From assembly GCF_009914755.1 (NCBI RefSeq), contig NC_060934.1: a stretch of DNA of 64,000 nt. One strand, given 5' to 3'. Positions 59,783-64,000 of the stretch are shown here, piece after piece. The translations under genes and the position numbers were made by a program. Positions within the stretch are counted from its first letter, which is position 1. The number at the start of each line of letters is the position of its first letter. Source of the DNA: the human T2T-CHM13v2.0 reference genome, Homo sapiens. Under the pieces are notes generated by a model. It did no database searches. It saw only the letters and a program-made list of their open reading frames with translations, and was not told where the DNA came from.

Positions 59783-60848
59783 CTAGAGGCAGAGACCATC
59801 CCTCCCCAGCAGTTAGACCTCAAGACTAACTGCTGTCCCCTGTGGGGATGATGTGGTGGTACATTATGTCTGCTGCTCTGGTGTGGCCCTGTTTTTATTT
59901 TTGGGTGCTCAGTAAATGTTACTGGGAGAAATGAATTACAGGAAAAATGAGTCCTTTCCTAGCCTCCTTCAATGAGGTTTGCAACATTAAAGTCACCACG
60001 GGCCACTTTCACTGGAAGCTGTCAGTGTCGGAGGTTTGGAAATTAACTGAGAACTACAGACAGGAAAGGTGTAAAGCAAATTATTTTCCTATCAGATTGA
60101 CATTTACAAGAATAATGGGAAGGAGCATGGAAAAGAGGAAGCAGGTCAACCTTCCTTGAGGACAATTAGATAATAGGCATCAAAAGTCTTAAGTTGTATA
60201 AAACCTGTATCCTAGAAATTTACCTTTTCGTAGTTTATTCTAAGGAATTAATTGGACAAAAGCACAAAGACATCTAATTGTATTATTAAAATGGAAAGTT
60301 TAATATTCAACAATAGCAGATAGGTTAAGTACATTAGGACATTATGAAGTGGCTTAAAACGGACATTCAAAAAAAGGAAATGGAAAACCTGAGTAATGTA
60401 CAGCTTGTATGGAATGAACTAAAAATATATAAATTTTTGCATAGGTAGAATGACATTGGAAGAACATACACCACAATGTTAACTGATTATCTCTGGGTGT
60501 TGGAAAATGATTGATTTATCAACTTTTTTACTGTTATTTCTTTTCTTTTTTTTTTTTTTGCAATGAACAGGCATGCTCTGGCAGTTTTTAAATGAAGTAT
60601 GGAAATTATGGATTGTGCAGTCATAGTCAACGTTCATTGAGAGCTTACTTTATATAAAGCATCATGCTCAGCATTGTGCTTTGTGGCATTTGATTTTTTA
60701 AAAATCAAACGCCCTCCAATCTTAAGCAAGGATGATGGCCAAAAGGTCGGCTTATTACCCAACTGCAACAATAGGAGGGACAGGTAATTAAAAGGCAATT
60801 GCCATGACAAATAGAAAAGATGCCAAAGTCAACATTTTTTCAAGGAGC

Positions 60849-60855
60849 TATAAAG
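60849..60855 (+). promoter_or_regulatory. VWA2: TATA box of VWA2
   Basis: TATAAAG ~30 nt upstream of the CpG-island edge and presumed TSS (~60880). Confidence 0.65.
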
Positions 60856-60879
60856 CCCGTGGAGGAGTCAGCTGACGGC

Positions 60880-61195
60880 ACAGTGTTCGCGGCTGCACCG
60901 CTCGGAGGCTGGGTGACCCGCGTAGAAGTGAAGTACTTTTTTATTTGCAGACCTGGGCCGATGCCGCTTTAAAAAACGCGAGGGGCTCTATGCACCTCCC
61001 TGGCGGTAGTTCCTCCGACCTCAGCCGGGTCGGGTCGTGCCGCCCTCTCCCAGGAGAGACAAACAGGTGTCCCACGTGGCAGCCGCGCCCCGGGCGCCCC
61101 TCCTGTGATCCCGTAGCGCCCCCTGGCCCGAGCCGCGCCCGGGTCTGTGAGTAGAGCCGCCCGGGCACCGAGCGCTGGTCGCCGCTCTCCTTCCG
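60880..61195 (+). other. VWA2: VWA2 exon 1 (non-coding 5' UTR); gene continues beyond the window
   Basis: Downstream of TATA, donor CCG|gtgagt at 61195/61196. Identity from recognised 5' UTR sequence and TDRD1-VWA2 synteny. No VWA2 coding sequence in the window. Confidence 0.75.
61114..61128 (-). promoter_or_regulatory. Putative CTCF site
   Basis: TAGCGCCCCCTGGCC, reverse complement GGCCAGGGGGCGCTA, matches the CTCF core. Confidence 0.55.
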
Positions 61196-62694
61196 GTGAG
61201 TCCCAGCCCCGAGTTGGCTCTGGCGCCCGGGTACCCGCCAGTGCCGGCTGCCGATGACCGATTCACGCTCCCGGTACTGGGGCCCCCTCTGCCCAGCCAC
61301 CCCTACCCAGAGCACCCGGGCTGCGCGGCCCCGCCGAGGGTGCGGGCTTTGTTCGCATTGTCTGCGCGCACCTGAGCGCGGCCTTCCTGGCACGGCGGCG
61401 TCGGGGGAAGAGCGCACCTGGCGCGCGCCTCCCTCGTGGCCACTCGCGGTCCGTCCCGGGCGAGCTGGCGGGGTTTTGGGAGGGGTGCGGTCAGCAGGTA
61501 AGTGGGTAGGGGCTCCGGGTACAGGGGTGGAGGAGGGCATGTATTAAACCCAAGCTGCCCTCCTGGCACAGTAGCGGGGCCCCCTTCCCTGGCGGCCGCG
61601 GAAAGGGACTCGCCCTTTGAATAAAGGCTTTGGTGACATGCTCGCTTCCACCCCACACCCCACTACAGGACATACACAGGTGTTAAGGGGACTTGGGGCA
61701 GTTTTCCCAGGCAGAACGAGTGCCCCCAGCGAAGTGTCTGCAAGCAGAACCTGAGAGGGGCCGGCTGCCCCGAGAGTCCTCGCGCTTGGGCAGTGGGAAG
61801 TCCAGGGGTTTGTCGTTCTGGTGACTTCCCCCACCTGGCTCAGCCCTGCTTCCTGCATGTCTCCTTCCCTTCCAATAAGGCTAACAAAACTTTCCCTAGC
61901 TAAGCCGACCTTTCCCTCCCGCCTTGGGCCCTTGGCCACCTGCTGGGACGGTGAATGGGAGAGTCTCAGAATTGAACCTTGAAAACTTGCTGGGGGCACC
62001 AGACAGAAGAGAAGGGAGGAGGGCACCTTGCTGCTTGTGATTGTGGAATCAAGGGCTCCAGCTGAAGCTGAAAGGGGACTTAGCAATGGGGACCTCATGC
62101 CATGTGTTTGATGTCTTGGAGATTGGAATAATTAGAACGTGTACATTTTTCAAATTACAAGCTGCTTTAAGTAAAACCCCAGAACCTCTAAGTGTTTTAT
62201 AAATTCAGTCCCAAAAATTCAAGGTCTCTTTTGCTGTTAAGGTGACACTATATTAAGAAATGTCGATTTATTGAAGAGTCAGAGAAGTGAAGAGGTCAGA
62301 AAGGTACCACTAGAGTTGGCAAAAGCCACAGGCATGAATTTGTAAATGCTGCTGGCTTTCAGCAGGCTGAAGCCATCCTCTCTTGTGACTGATGGGGGTT
62401 CAGAGCTCCTCAGGCCTTACTCTTCTTTTGTAAAATCCAGCCCAGAGCCATCTCCTAGTAGTGTAAGAATTTCTCAGACTAGGTCCCCAGGCAAATCCCA
62501 GGTTGGAGAAGAGGATTGCTTTCCTCATCATCTCTGGCTGAAAACCATCAGTGTATTTTCATTAAATCTGGTTTTTGGTCTACCGTACAGAGATTACAGC
62601 CAGTATTTCCCCTCTCTTCAATAGGCACAAGCCCCTGGGATATCCGAATCATAGTCAGAAGCCCATGTTTTTACAGATGAGGAAACTGAGACCC

Positions 62695-63140
62695 AGTTTT
62701 AGAGTGTTAGGTTCAAAGCAAAATTGAGCAGAAGGTACAGGTTTCCCATATACCTCCTGTCCCCGCCTATGCACAGACTCCCCCATTGTCAGCATCCCCC
62801 ACTGCAGTGGTACATTTGTTCCAACTGATGAACCGACACTGGCACATCATTATGACCCAAAGTTCACAGTTTGCCCTGGGGTTTGCTCCTGTTGTACATT
62901 CTATGGCTTTGGACAAATGTAAAATGACATAAATCTGCCATTATAGTATCAAACAGCATAGTTTCACTACCGTAAAAATCTTCTGTGCATCCCACCCTCC
63001 CTACAACACATGGTAATCACTGATCTTTCTACTGTCTCAATAGTTTTACCTTTTCCAGAATGTCTTATGATTGGAATCATGTAGTACGTAGCTTTCTCAG
63101 ATTGGTGTCTTTCGCTCGGTAATATACACTGACATTTCCC
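62695..63140 (-). mobile_element. L1MC-type 3' end fragment
   Basis: gcaaaattgagcagaaggtacag, gtggtacatttgtt, acattctatggctttggacaaatg motifs. Confidence 0.75.
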
Positions 63141-64000
63141 CTCCTGGCTTTTTAATGAGCATCATAAAAACAGAATAGTTATTTGGCAGTGACGGCATCA
63201 TAAGCTTGTGGTGAAAATGCCTTTTTTGTTAATAACTCCCCTGATGTGTGTGCATCTTACAAAGCATTGTCCTCACATCCTCAGTACCTGGAAGGGTACC
63301 GGGCACAGGGCAGATGCTTAATAATTTTTACTGGGTAAATGAAATTTCATGTAATTATAGCAATGAGAGGGTCAGCAACACTACGAGGTTGTTTTAGAAC
63401 AGTGGTCCTCAAACTTTTGCAGTGCATATATCAGTAAATGAAAACCTAGTTTAATTGGGAGGCCTGCAATAGAATTGCTCATTTTTAATTTTATCCAATA
63501 AGGCTATTTTAAAACAAATCCCACCCCCCTCCCTATCATCAAGGAGGCTATTGGAAGTCTGTTGGTGATTGTGTGTGTGCATTCCCTGCAAAATGTTTCT
63601 GTATAACCCCAAGGCAGCACAGTGGGACAGCTGAATGTATTTGAAGTCCCTTCCTTTGTGTGACCTTTCGTCTTCTAAACAGCTCTGGACTGCTTAATTT
63701 TCCTCTTCCACCTACCACATTAGCTGCTGACTTTCCTTGAATGTGATTACTACCCTCGGTCCTCCCCTTCCTTTTCCTGATCATGAGTCTCTTCTCTTGA
63801 ACTAGATTTCCCTGGTCTCAAATTAGGAAACTTTGCCCTTGCCCCGGGAGCCTTTGCATCGTGGTTTCATGGGGTCCTGGCGACAACCTTTCCAGGGAAA
63901 TAGGATGGATGGTGTTACCTCCGTTTTAGAGAGAAGGAAATTGAGAGACTGAAGTGGAGGAATTTACCCAGGAGGCTCATGCTCAGGTATCCTGCCATCA

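Larger units (their letters stand above)
60870..61620. promoter_or_regulatory. VWA2: CpG island of VWA2
   Basis: Very dense CpG/GC tract spanning exon 1 and the start of intron 1. Confidence 0.9.

Noticed and set aside
60941-62098. 199-aa and 184-aa minus-strand ORFs
   Set aside because: Expected by-product of the VWA2 CpG island; no domain or supporting exon structure

Overview
This is primate (almost certainly human) genomic DNA containing the whole TDRD1 gene on the + strand, a germline piRNA-pathway protein with one MYND zinc finger and four extended Tudor domains. I assembled it by hand from GT-AG junctions. It has a CpG-island promoter and non-coding exon 1 (~894-1040), 24 coding exons from ATG 9456 to TAA 49755 (1180 codons), and an alternative last junction giving a 1189-codon form ending at TGA 53142. 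A polyA signal lies at 54269. After ~6.5 kb of intergenic DNA come a TATA box, a CpG island and the non-coding first exon of a second + strand gene, which I recognise as VWA2 (~60880-61195). Introns carry ~36 Alu/FAM/FLAM SINEs, a near-full-length antisense ancient L1 in intron 3, and L2, MIR, hAT DNA transposon and ERV LTR remnants. Most ORFs in the supplied track are Alu/L1 artefacts. I see no new gene family or biological system. The most unusual observations are: (1) four non-tandem, locally templated direct duplications in the introns, two flanked by short direct repeats; (2) competing 5' splice sites wrapped around the stop codon; (3) 13 consecutive phase-1 symmetric exons encoding Tudor repeats 2-4; (4) an exon-1 donor that also looks like a strong acceptor; (5) a forkhead motif cluster upstream of VWA2, plus uORFs and an acceptor-like site in VWA2 exon 1. 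Gene names and repeat families come from recognition, not database searches, and repeat boundaries are approximate.
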